IMG/VR virus record: IMGVR_UViG_3300040856_003015
Coordinates: 1-64,000 of that record
DNA length: 64,000 bases
Strand: one strand, 5' to 3'
Origin: a virus
The translations under genes were made by a program, and so were the position numbers. Shown in pieces: positions 47,799 to 58,000 of the stretch (within the stretch, counting starts at the first letter, position 1; every line of letters starts with the position of its first letter). The notes under the pieces are model-generated. The model was given only the letters and a program-made list of their open reading frames with translations. It had not been told where the DNA came from and searched no databases.

Positions 47799-48578
47799 TT
47801 AAAAACCAAGATTTTTAGATCGAACATAATCTAAATCATATGAAGTATATGTTATTGGAATATCTTCTTTTCCATATGGATTTTTTGTTGGACTACAATA
47901 TCTCCACTCATCACCCCATTTTTCATACATATATGAAAAATTTTCTTGATTAATTTGATCTAGTCTTTCTTTTAGTAATGGATCAGTTTTTGTTGTCTGA
48001 CTTCCATGCTCATAATATTGATCTTTATTACCTAGTCCGTGGTAATAGTTACTTTCCAAAGACAAAATTTTCTTTATTGGTCTATGTATGAATCTCATAA
48101 TATAATCTGCATCTTCACAATATGCTGGATATAAATTTTCATCAAAAAGACCAAATTTTGATATAACCCAGTCTTTAATCAAAAAAAGATCCCAACTGCC
48201 AACTCCAAAATCTCCAGGATTGCCATGAATTAACCCAATTTCATTATCTTGAGCATAATCATACATTTCTTTTAAAAGTCCTATCCCAAAAGAAACGTCA
48301 TCATTTACTATAATCCAATAAGGACAGTTCATATAACATTTTATAATTAAATTCCATGCACCAGAAACACCTATATTTCTAGGCAGATTACAAACGGTAA
48401 TTTTTTTTATAAATTTATGATTAATTTTCTTTATTTTTTCTAGGTCATCATCTAATTCACCTTTTCCATTATTATTAATAATCACAAATTCATCTACTGG
48501 ATAATCAACACTCATAATTAATCTCATTACCCAGAATGAACTATTAACAACTGCTGTTCCAATAACAGGTATACTCAT
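47799..48578 (-). CDS. Glycosyltransferase, GT-A/GT2-like
   Basis: IINNNG, NIGVSGAWN, IVNDDV, GLFDENLYPAYCEDADY. Confidence 0.85.
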   Translation of the reverse strand: MSIPVIGTAVVNSSFWVMRLIMSVDYPVDEFVIINNNGKGELDDDLEKIKKINHKFIKKITVCNLPRNIGVSGAWNLIIKCYMNCPYWIIVNDDVSFGIGLLKEMYDYAQDNEIGLIHGNPGDFGVGSWDLFLIKDWVISKFGLFDENLYPAYCEDADYIMRFIHRPIKKILSLESNYYHGLGNKDQYYEHGSQTTKTDPLLKERLDQINQENFSYMYEKWGDEWRYCSPTKNPYGKEDIPITYTSYDLDYVRSKNLGF

Positions 48579-49822
48579 AGTAATCCCAACATATAGTGCT
48601 CAGATTTTTTAACTTTATCACTAATACATGTCATCTTGTTTAAAATTTCTTTATCCACCAAATCTGGGTGAACCCACCAATCTTCGTAAGATCTCCATTC
48701 ATCTGGAGATATATTATTAACAACTCTCACGTACCCGTATGATTCTAAGTATTTTTTAGATTTTTCCTGGAATTGTTTTGTTTGATCACAATAATAATCA
48801 TGTTCATAAGTAATTACAGCAAATTTAAATTGTTCAAATGGGATACTAAGAAGTATTTTATAAGTTACATCTGGAGGATCACAATCTAATTGTAGATAGT
48901 CTATTTCATTATAAAAACCAAATCCTTGCAAAAAGTTTTCATAATTTATTCTAGTAGCATCTTTTAATAAACAAAGGTTTTTTCTTTCTTTTGAAAATAT
49001 TTCTACAAATTTTTCATCAATATCTAAAGAAACTCCATCCCATCCAAATTCAGTCTCTAGAAGTGCAGTGTTATTTCCATAAAATGGATTTGCTGATCCA
49101 ATTTCTAGATATTTTCCTCTTTTTTTGCCATTCAACATAGAGAGGACGAACATATCCTGATAAGATTCAGAATAATTTCTTTCAATTGACTCTAAACCTG
49201 GGAATTTGAACTTATAAGAATCATACTTAGATTTATTATAATTTGTTAATTCTCTAGAGGTAGATGTAATCTTACAAAGATTTTCTATAGATTTCGATCT
49301 ATATTCTTCATTAATATCTTTACTTTGTACTAACTCTATAAAAGTTTTTCTAGAATCGTCACATAGTCCACACCACCAACCAGATACTGCACGCATGAAT
49401 TTTAGACTAAAAAATCCGGGATAATCTAATTTTGTCCTCAGATTTTCGGAATTTGGGTCTGATACATCTAATCCTATGCTTGATATAAGATAACACTCAT
49501 GCCAATCAGATGTAAATTCGTAGAATCTACTCATATAAAAATATGCTTCAGGCCTTTTAGGGCATGTCGCTATAGCATGTTGTATTAATCCTTTTACAGT
49601 GAAGTTTCTAGATCCTTGTTTACTAAAGCATGTTGATGCACGCAGAAGACCCTCATATTTTAACAAATCATTATCTGTTCTTTCAGCAGACCTTAAATAA
49701 TATGAAACTGCAGACGCTAACTGTCCAATATTATCATAATATAAGGCAAGGTCAAAATTTACTTCAGCATTATTTGGGTCAAAAACATATTTTTTTATTA
49801 ATTCATTTATTTCAGTTTGCAT
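48575..49822 (-). CDS. TPR domain fused to FkbM-like SAM methyltransferase
   Basis: TPR helices (YYLRSAE, PKRPEAY); YSESYQD, YLEIGS...NT..LE..GWDG, IDYLQLDCDP, ITYEHD, EDWWV. Confidence 0.8.
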   Translation of the reverse strand: MQTEINELIKKYVFDPNNAEVNFDLALYYDNIGQLASAVSYYLRSAERTDNDLLKYEGLLRASTCFSKQGSRNFTVKGLIQHAIATCPKRPEAYFYMSRFYEFTSDWHECYLISSIGLDVSDPNSENLRTKLDYPGFFSLKFMRAVSGWWCGLCDDSRKTFIELVQSKDINEEYRSKSIENLCKITSTSRELTNYNKSKYDSYKFKFPGLESIERNYSESYQDMFVLSMLNGKKRGKYLEIGSANPFYGNNTALLETEFGWDGVSLDIDEKFVEIFSKERKNLCLLKDATRINYENFLQGFGFYNEIDYLQLDCDPPDVTYKILLSIPFEQFKFAVITYEHDYYCDQTKQFQEKSKKYLESYGYVRVVNNISPDEWRSYEDWWVHPDLVDKEILNKMTCISDKVKKSEHYMLGLL

Positions 49823-50801
49823 AAAGAAATTCCTCTATTACTTTTTCTGGGGTTTTTAATAAGTATGCACAATTGTCTTGGAAACCAAAAGTTATTAAGA
49901 AATCGTTATTGTATTTTGCCATACCTATGCAAAATTCTACATGACCAGACATTATTGAAAAATCATTGGAATATTTTACCATATTCCAATTTTTATCCCA
50001 TAAAATTAATCTATGTCTATAAATTGCATCTTTTCTACCCACTTCGCTATTAAATAAATCAACTTCATGAGTTATTGCGAGATAGTGATCATTCCAAGAA
50101 ACTACCTGAGATCCTCCTCTAAGGTCTCTAGGGAGACTTATATGGTCTGTTAAAACCTCTGTAGTACATATATTAGTTATTGGATCTACTTTTACCAACT
50201 CAGTAGGATTAGACCACTTAATGTAATGATATGGAATATCTAAAACAGGCATCCAATTTTTTTCACAATATGAATCTGGATATTTTGGTGGGGGAATTCT
50301 TAATCTAGAAACTTCTTCTACTGAATTATCTGTAACAATTATTTCAGAAAGTTCCATTCTTCCCTGACCATTTGTTGTAGTATCCCTCCTTACACCAGAT
50401 ATATACAACTTTTCATCCCATTTAAAAATTCTAGCATCTTCTAGACCCACAAAATCCCACATAGGTTCGTATGTGTCAAATTTAGAAGTGTCTATCTTAT
50501 TATATCTTACAACATTAAAATTGTTATCTAGTTCACAATAATAATTATCTGTCCTTAAGTACATATCATGCTCTGGATGAACATATGTCAGAGGACCATA
50601 TTGATGCTGATATAATTTTTGTTCTGAATGATAAAATGTATAATTTACATGCCTAATATTTACTAAAATTTTTCCACCATCTATAAAAATAGATGGATTC
50701 ATTATACCAGTACCTGATGTTATATTACCAGGAATTATTAGTGGATGTATGTCTCCACCACATTCTAAAGATCTTCTAGAAAGAGAATATAAAAATTCCA
50801 T
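49812..50801 (-). CDS. Beta-propeller glycoside hydrolase/phosphorylase-like protein
   Basis: MNPSI, GLEDARIF, EKNWMP, LRGGSQ, VEFCIG, FGFQDN. Confidence 0.65.
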   Translation of the reverse strand: MEFLYSLSRRSLECGGDIHPLIIPGNITSGTGIMNPSIFIDGGKILVNIRHVNYTFYHSEQKLYQHQYGPLTYVHPEHDMYLRTDNYYCELDNNFNVVRYNKIDTSKFDTYEPMWDFVGLEDARIFKWDEKLYISGVRRDTTTNGQGRMELSEIIVTDNSVEEVSRLRIPPPKYPDSYCEKNWMPVLDIPYHYIKWSNPTELVKVDPITNICTTEVLTDHISLPRDLRGGSQVVSWNDHYLAITHEVDLFNSEVGRKDAIYRHRLILWDKNWNMVKYSNDFSIMSGHVEFCIGMAKYNNDFLITFGFQDNCAYLLKTPEKVIEEFLYAN

Positions 50802-50816
50802 AATATAATTAAAATA

Positions 50817-51029
50817 TTAATTTTCTTGATCTGCTTTTTCTTCTGAGTCTAAATCTTCCGAAATATTTTCAATACTTACTCCAATTCCAGTAAGATATTC
50901 ATAAATTCCTTGTAATTTTATAGAAATTTCTTTTTTTATTGATAATTGATTATTTAATTCTTTAATTTCTTTGTATAGTTGTTCTTGCTGCTCTATAACA
51001 GACTTTAAATGCTTTTGTTGCTCAGTCAT
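50817..51029 (-). CDS. Small coiled-coil protein
   Basis: MTEQQKHL...KLQGIYEYL; ATAAATA upstream. Confidence 0.65.
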   Translation of the reverse strand: MTEQQKHLKSVIEQQEQLYKEIKELNNQLSIKKEISIKLQGIYEYLTGIGVSIENISEDLDSEEKADQEN

Positions 51030-51059
51030 TTTGCAATACTTTAATCAATAATAACTCAA

Positions 51060-51518
51060 CTATTTATTCATGTTAGAATCGGATTTAATTTGAGATTTTA
51101 AAAATTTAGATAATTCCGCTGTAGATCCAACAAATAATGCATTGGTTACATTAGTCTGGTTTGAGGTTTTACTCTTTTCCCCAGTTAAATCATTAAGTTT
51201 TTTTTGAACATCTAATAATTTTTCTGTTGCATCAGTAACGCTTTTAATCAGTTGCCCTGCAACTTCATATGCTCTAGGTTGTTCAGTTTCTTGTGCTAAT
51301 TCTAAAACTCCATTTAATGCTTCTTGCCCCCTTTCTATTATAGAATATAAATTACCTCTAGTATAATTGTAATCTTTTTCAAGATCACTATTTTGTTTAG
51401 TTACATTCATGGTATCATTTTTTACTATTTGTGTTTCAACTTTCTCAATATTTTCCATATTATTCTCAGCATAATCAGTATCAAAAATAGAATTTAATTC
51501 TTCGAATTTATCTGCCAT
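51060..51518 (-). CDS. gp16: Terminase small subunit
   Basis: DYNYTRGNLYSIIERG...PRAYEVAGQLIK...NALFVGSTAEL. Confidence 0.92.
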   Translation of the reverse strand: MADKFEELNSIFDTDYAENNMENIEKVETQIVKNDTMNVTKQNSDLEKDYNYTRGNLYSIIERGQEALNGVLELAQETEQPRAYEVAGQLIKSVTDATEKLLDVQKKLNDLTGEKSKTSNQTNVTNALFVGSTAELSKFLKSQIKSDSNMNK

Positions 51519-51522
51519 TTAT

Positions 51523-52545
51523 CTAAAAATCTATACTGAATCCAAAATCATCACCAGGTTCTATCAATACATCATCTTCAATAGTAATTTTAAATATTTC
51601 TGATCCTAAAGTATGTAAAGTTGATTTTGTATTATATTGAGATCTTTCAACTACAATAGTATCATCTTCAGATGTATTAGGATTTAATTCAATTTTTTTA
51701 ATTAACATAGTTTCATTGTCGATTGTTACATAAGAATTAATTTCTAAAGAATCAGCACTATTAACCTTAAACCTTGTAGTATTCTCTAATATGTCTTCTG
51801 CTATAATAGCACTAGCATTTCCAGTATAATTTTTAGTTGCTGTAGGTGTTATGGAATATACAAGTTCTCTATTTTTAGAACCAGGATCTCCAGATAAGTA
51901 ACCAATCGAAACCTTTTTTATAATATCGTTTGAAATTCCCTTTGTGTTTATAGGTCCGAAAAGATATGCCTTTGCAGTAAATTTTAATGTATAAATTAAT
52001 GCTCTTCTTGTAGAAAAATCCCCTTCATAATCATCTTGCATACTAATATTATTTAAAGTTATTGGAATATCTCTTTTTTCCCCTATTTCTTCTAATACTT
52101 CTATAGAAACTGTATAGGATGGTTGAAAATATGGTAAAATCTGCTCAATAATTTGAAGCATATCATCATTATTCTTGCACATAATAGACAATTCAAACTC
52201 AATATTATATGGAACTGGCATATATGTCTTTGTCACAACTTTAGAGTTCTCTAAAGATTTTGATCTAAAAGTTTGAGTTGTTGTTACTTTTCTGGAAGAG
52301 TCATATGTAAGACCTATTAATTCAAATGACATTCTAGGTAAGGTCATTTGAATTGGTCTATTTAAATCTGGAGATTGTTCTAGTCGTGCTAAAAATTTTT
52401 GAGTGGGTCCATATGATATTGGAACATCTATAATAGAAAAAGTATCTCCGGTAGAAGTTTTCTTCTTTATTTTTATATTATTAAATAAAGATCCGAAAGA
52501 TATAACAGTTTTTCTTATAATTTCGTGGTAAAAATACTCAAACAT
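51523..52545 (-). CDS. gp15: Tail sheath stabiliser / terminator
   Basis: YFYHEIIRK...FGSLFN, VPISYGP, LPRMSFE, QIIEQILPYFQP. Confidence 0.93.
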   Translation of the reverse strand: MFEYFYHEIIRKTVISFGSLFNNIKIKKKTSTGDTFSIIDVPISYGPTQKFLARLEQSPDLNRPIQMTLPRMSFELIGLTYDSSRKVTTTQTFRSKSLENSKVVTKTYMPVPYNIEFELSIMCKNNDDMLQIIEQILPYFQPSYTVSIEVLEEIGEKRDIPITLNNISMQDDYEGDFSTRRALIYTLKFTAKAYLFGPINTKGISNDIIKKVSIGYLSGDPGSKNRELVYSITPTATKNYTGNASAIIAEDILENTTRFKVNSADSLEINSYVTIDNETMLIKKIELNPNTSEDDTIVVERSQYNTKSTLHTLGSEIFKITIEDDVLIEPGDDFGFSIDF

Positions 52546-52559
52546 TTTATTTGACCTTA

Positions 52560-53942
52560 TTATGGATTACCAAATGGATTACTCTCACTAAAATCTACAA
52601 TGTTATCAAATTCTTCTTGTATTTCACTATTATCTGCAAATCCATTACTAGTATCGTTACTATTTATTGATTTTATTTTATAAGATGCATTAGATTTATC
52701 TCCATAAACAACTTCAGATCCTAAAAATTCTCCACTCATTTGATATATTTGCATCTCTAAAGTACTTATATCCCATGATTTAACATATGCTGTAGAACCA
52801 CTTATAGATCCAGTTATTTTTTCATTTTTTATAAATGATCCATTACCAATCAAAACTGGGTCGGATATTATTATTGTTGGTGCTTGTGTATAACCTATTC
52901 CAGAACTAACTATTCTTATATCTGAAACTGATCCATTTTCATCTATAATTGCTCTTGCTTTTACTTCACCCTCTACTGGTTGTGGAGATATTACGACATT
53001 TGGTTCAGATGCATACCCACTTCCGGGATTATTAACTGTTATTTTTTGTATAATTCCGTCCCCAATAGTTGCTATAGCATATGTTCCCGAACCAGTATTA
53101 CTGATGAAAGAAACTAAAGGTGCTACTGTGTAACCATAACCAGCGTTAACTATTTCAACTCCCTGAACCCTTAGTAAACTGGAATCTGGTTCGCAAAAAT
53201 CTACTATATTTGAAATCATAGTAGCAATTCCTACTGCAGTAAGTCCTCCGTATGGTGGAGTTGAAAATTTAACTTCTGGAGGTGTCTTATAACCACTACC
53301 TCTTCTTACAACTGTTACAGATTTAACTCCACCATTTACAATACTCGCAGTAGCAGTAGCAGTTGTCCCAGAACCAACTAATTTTAGCGTCTGGAAATAA
53401 CCAACAGAATCTGATACATCATCTATTATATCTACACCAGTGTTTATAAATTCATCTTCATATCTGAATAATTCACATTTGAGTTCATATACGTAATTTT
53501 TCATTAGTTGATAAAATGGTTTTTCATGCTCAACATATTTTATTTCAAAGATTCTATCGCCCAAAGGAAAATATATTAAATCGCCTTCTTTTGGTCTATC
53601 TATCAGTTTTGAACCTTGGATATTTTTTAACAGAGGTGCTATGTAAACTTCATATCTTTCTTTTGATATTGTTAATGTTAACTCATCAATATCTTGAATA
53701 CCAAATTTTGACATCAATGTTCCTTGTCCGCTATATCCTTCATAACTATTAACATATGCTTCAATAGGTACTGAAAAATTAAATTCCGATTGTATGACCT
53801 CTTTAATAACAGTATTTTCAGTTAAATATTGTCTCGGGATATAATATACATCTATCCCATACATTCTTATCTGTTCATTTATTAAATCCTGTACTAAATT
53901 TTGTTCTCCTGGAGAACCTTGTAGAAAAAATGGATTTAACAT
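52560..53942 (-). CDS. gp14: Neck protein with GSGY-repeat insertion
   Basis: EQIRMYGIDVYYIPR, RPKEGDLIYFP, DFSESNPFG. Confidence 0.92.
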   Translation of the reverse strand: MLNPFFLQGSPGEQNLVQDLINEQIRMYGIDVYYIPRQYLTENTVIKEVIQSEFNFSVPIEAYVNSYEGYSGQGTLMSKFGIQDIDELTLTISKERYEVYIAPLLKNIQGSKLIDRPKEGDLIYFPLGDRIFEIKYVEHEKPFYQLMKNYVYELKCELFRYEDEFINTGVDIIDDVSDSVGYFQTLKLVGSGTTATATASIVNGGVKSVTVVRRGSGYKTPPEVKFSTPPYGGLTAVGIATMISNIVDFCEPDSSLLRVQGVEIVNAGYGYTVAPLVSFISNTGSGTYAIATIGDGIIQKITVNNPGSGYASEPNVVISPQPVEGEVKARAIIDENGSVSDIRIVSSGIGYTQAPTIIISDPVLIGNGSFIKNEKITGSISGSTAYVKSWDISTLEMQIYQMSGEFLGSEVVYGDKSNASYKIKSINSNDTSNGFADNSEIQEEFDNIVDFSESNPFGNP

Positions 53943-53943
53943 A

Positions 53944-54774
53944 TTAACCTATCATGTCTAAAGGTGGTAATTCATAGTAAGAACTCATTTTATCCATCAA
54001 AACATCAATTTCTCTTTGGGCATCATCATATATTTGTCTACCGTTTAATTCTATACCACCGGGTAATTTAACTCCACTAAATTTTATTAAATTTTGTCCC
54101 CATTGTCTTTTTATTAGAGAAGTTAGATATTGTTTTAAAAAAGAATCATTCCAGACTTGTTCATTATCATTTGGATCTAATATTCTATAACAATCAATTA
54201 CTAAATATTGACCAACAGATAAAGATCCCCAATCAATATCCAAATAAAGTCTATCTTGCCTTTGATTAAATCTTATTTGTTTTTGTGTAGTTAATAAGAA
54301 ATTAATATCTTCAAGATATGATTTTGTCATAGCATATGTAAGCAACTCAGTAGAACCCCAAAAATAAATATCATTTAAAAATAATTGATATTTTATACTA
54401 AACATTCCGCTAGATATACTATTTGATCCTTCAAATTGAAAAACTTTGTTGATTCCTATAACATGAGATGGTACTTGTATATAATTTGAATTTTCTGTAA
54501 AATTAAATGTAGTTGGAATACCACTAATATCCGCTGTTGCCGAAGAAGTTTCTATTCCAACTTTACCCCTACCTCTATCAATATCATCTTTTGTTATTTC
54601 ATATTTTAAAAATGTTGGATATACTCCATTAAAATGCCTTTCTTGAAAAAATTGGATGGCATCATCAACCAAGTCATCTATTTGTTCTTCGGCAACATTA
54701 ATTTCTAATACTGGATAACCAAGTTTCCTTAAACAGTAATCTACCAATTCTTTTTTTGATGATGGTTTTGCCAT
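53944..54774 (-). CDS. gp13: Neck protein
   Basis: YCLRKLGYPVLEINV, KRQWGQNLIKF.GV.LPGG. Confidence 0.94.
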   Translation of the reverse strand: MAKPSSKKELVDYCLRKLGYPVLEINVAEEQIDDLVDDAIQFFQERHFNGVYPTFLKYEITKDDIDRGRGKVGIETSSATADISGIPTTFNFTENSNYIQVPSHVIGINKVFQFEGSNSISSGMFSIKYQLFLNDIYFWGSTELLTYAMTKSYLEDINFLLTTQKQIRFNQRQDRLYLDIDWGSLSVGQYLVIDCYRILDPNDNEQVWNDSFLKQYLTSLIKRQWGQNLIKFSGVKLPGGIELNGRQIYDDAQREIDVLMDKMSSYYELPPLDMIG

Positions 54775-54788
54775 TTTTTTAAAAAACC

Positions 54789-55022
54789 TTATGTGTTAGA
54801 ACTATTTACAATCATTTTTAATAGAGATTTTATTTCATCAATATCATCTTTTAATTTTGTAATTTCTAAACTAACATCATCAATTTTTTTGTCTTTTTTC
54901 AACATAGATTCTCTTTTTTTCAAATAATTTTGATATTCATCAAAGTTATTATTGATAATTGCATTAGTACTTTCATCTCTAAATAATCCCACTCTATCTT
55001 TTACAGGTTTTAAATTTCTCAT
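54789..55022 (-). CDS. Small coiled-coil hypothetical protein
   Basis: LFRDESTNAIIN...LKDDIDEIKSLL. Confidence 0.75.
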   Translation of the reverse strand: MRNLKPVKDRVGLFRDESTNAIINNNFDEYQNYLKKRESMLKKDKKIDDVSLEITKLKDDIDEIKSLLKMIVNSSNT

Positions 55023-58000
55023 TAGATTGATCCCAATGCTATCGCTCTTAGATTTTTAATGATAGGTACAAAAGAACTGTTTGATGAAGTTCCAACTATT
55101 TTTATTCTATATGATTTAAATGATGTTAAATTATCTATTGTATATTCATGCTCAATATATTCTACTGGTAATGGATTAAATGTATTATGATCAGTTTTAC
55201 TTATAAATTTATCAGTAGTTCCATTATTTTGGGAGAAATCTATTATAGATCCATCAGCATTTATGTTTGAATAACCTGGGAATAATGTAAATACCTGACT
55301 GTCTCCAATAGAATATAAAACTCTAACATTAGAATCTATGTTAATGTATGCATCAAATATTACTTTTAATCCTGATGCTGGAACTTCGAGATTTATTAAA
55401 TTGGTTACATATTGGAAAAGATGAGGATCTTCATATAAAGTATTAACTCTATAATCATTAACATAATCTATAGTATTGTCACTAATTACATTAGATATTA
55501 ATACAACATCTGTTTGTGATAAGTCTATTGCTGGACTTACTCTACTGTCAAGTGTAGTAAAGTAGGTATTTAATGAAATAGACTTATTAAATGAAACATC
55601 ATCCAACCATTCAACTTGATTTATTGGAGAAGCAATTAATCTTGGAGTATCAAAATAGTTAATTGAAATATTTTCAATATTTTGTGCTCCAGCATCTACA
55701 AAAGAAACTTCATTTCCACCAATAGTTGTTCCAGTAACAGTATTTATTTCATACTTTATACTGGTGTTAGTTGGTGAAATTGCCTTAATATTTGGATTGA
55801 CTGCGTTAAAAGGTATATTATAACTTGCTATGCAACTCTTACCACCAACTTCTTTAGTTTCATTAAATTTTAAATCTGTTCTTGTTCCAGTATCAATTTT
55901 TACATAGTAATGATTCACACCAATCTTATCTTTAATATTTGTATCAACATTAGATAAATCATGATCAGTATTTATTCTTCTTAAAGAAATTCCTCCAAGT
56001 TCGTATTTTCTAACAAGATCTTCATTAAAATGTTTAACTGGAGTTGTACTATCAACACCTCGTGTAATTCCAGTTAATGTAGTTGCAGTAACTCCAGTGT
56101 ACTCTATAATCTCTTTATTAATAATCACATAACCTGGATTTAGTACAGAAACACCAAGATTTTCAAAGGTTTCAAAATCTGATGTATCCGAAACTGGTAA
56201 TGCATCCGTAGAAGATGATAAGTAGTCGGATGTCAATTTAGATGAATTGATATCAGTCTCAACATTTTTAATTGTCACAAAATTGCTTTCAGAATACATT
56301 CCATGATTTCTATGAAATACTTTAATATGTACACCATCAGTTAATTTTTTCACTGGAGAATTAATATATATGGAAGTTCCATTTAAATCAACTACTTGAT
56401 TGGAATTATTAACATATTGAATTTTATCAGTACCAGATTCTTTAAATTCACCTTGGACTTTATCTATGATTAATTGGTTGTATCCCTCTATTTCAGAGAC
56501 TGATAGTATCATTCCAACACCTAGGTTATTATTACCAATAGAAACTGGTTCTAAAAGATCTCCTATAGAATAACCAGACCCTCCATTTGTAATTGTTGCA
56601 GAACTAGCAGAACCATTTTCTATAATAATGGTTGCCTTTGCATTCAATCCATCACTATTGATATTTTTTAAGTCAACATTTGTATAAGTATAAGTTCCTG
56701 ATGATGGGGTAAATCCAATTCCAGCATTAATTACTTGTAGAGTACCAGTAGCACTTCCACCATATCCAACAAGAACACCTTGCGCCGTTGCAAATCCTAC
56801 GGGAGATTGAATAATTCTAGTTCCAAAATCTATAGAACTTGTAACTGTAGAAGATAGTGATACTTTTACTTTTTGAGATTCAATAAGTAATGGATTTTCT
56901 CTCATTAATCCAAAAGTATCAGGTAAATTTTGGTTGAAAAATTGAGTAAATCCAGAAGATTTAAAGTCCGCTCTAAAAAGATTAAATGTTAGGTCTTCAT
57001 ATTGACTTGGAGTCCAAGTAGATGCATTCTGAGACTTAAATAGTGATCCTAATAATCTTTGAGTAGTAACTAGGATTTGATTTTGCTCATTTTCTAAAGT
57101 AGCTATATCTGGTTCACCTAACCTCGATATCCAAAGATTATATTCATTTGAGTTGGAAATAATAATTATTGCGTATTCTCTTTGCCCTTCGAGATAAACT
57201 GGTGATGGGAAAATAAATGATGTTGCTACTGATGCATCCTCGGATAAATTAACTTTATCTGGGGTAAGTTCTACTTCAGAGAATGCCAATATTTTTTGTG
57301 ATGGTATTCCTAACTCAATTTCCCTAATCTGAACAGTAACAGGAAGAGATTCATCTTTTGTTCTAAAGTATATATCAACTTTAGTTACAAATATTCCAGT
57401 TTCATCATCAACAATGAATGATTGGGCGAGTGGATCTCTATATTCTCCAGTTAATCTTGTGTTTGAATTTGTAGATGATGAAACCGTTGTAGTAGAATCT
57501 ATAATTGCTTCATCAGATAATGATTTAGTTTCAACAAAACTAGTATCAACTTCAACTCTTGCATTCCTTAGTGATAAAGTAGTTGCTTGAGATATATCTG
57601 AATCTCCTTGACTGTAGAAAGTTTCCTCAGCATAAGTAGTAACTACTCCCGGCACTTGACTATTTGTAGAACTACTGGTTAATCTGAATCTAGATCTTCC
57701 AGTCTCGAATCTTGGAGATTCTTCTATTCTATTGTTTGGTACTCTATAAGAACCTATTAAAGTTCCTACTCTGTCGGTAACTAGATCTACATTGGTAACT
57801 ATAGCTTGTGCACCACTAGATTCCCCATAGATAACCATATCAACTCCAACATATCCAAAGAAATCTGAATTAACTTCTTCAGATAAAGAGAAAGTATCTA
57901 TATTTAAAATTGTACTTGTTTGATTATATTCTGTTGACAAAACATTATCTCTATCAAATGGATTTCTATCATATACATCAGTTGGATTATTATATGGACC

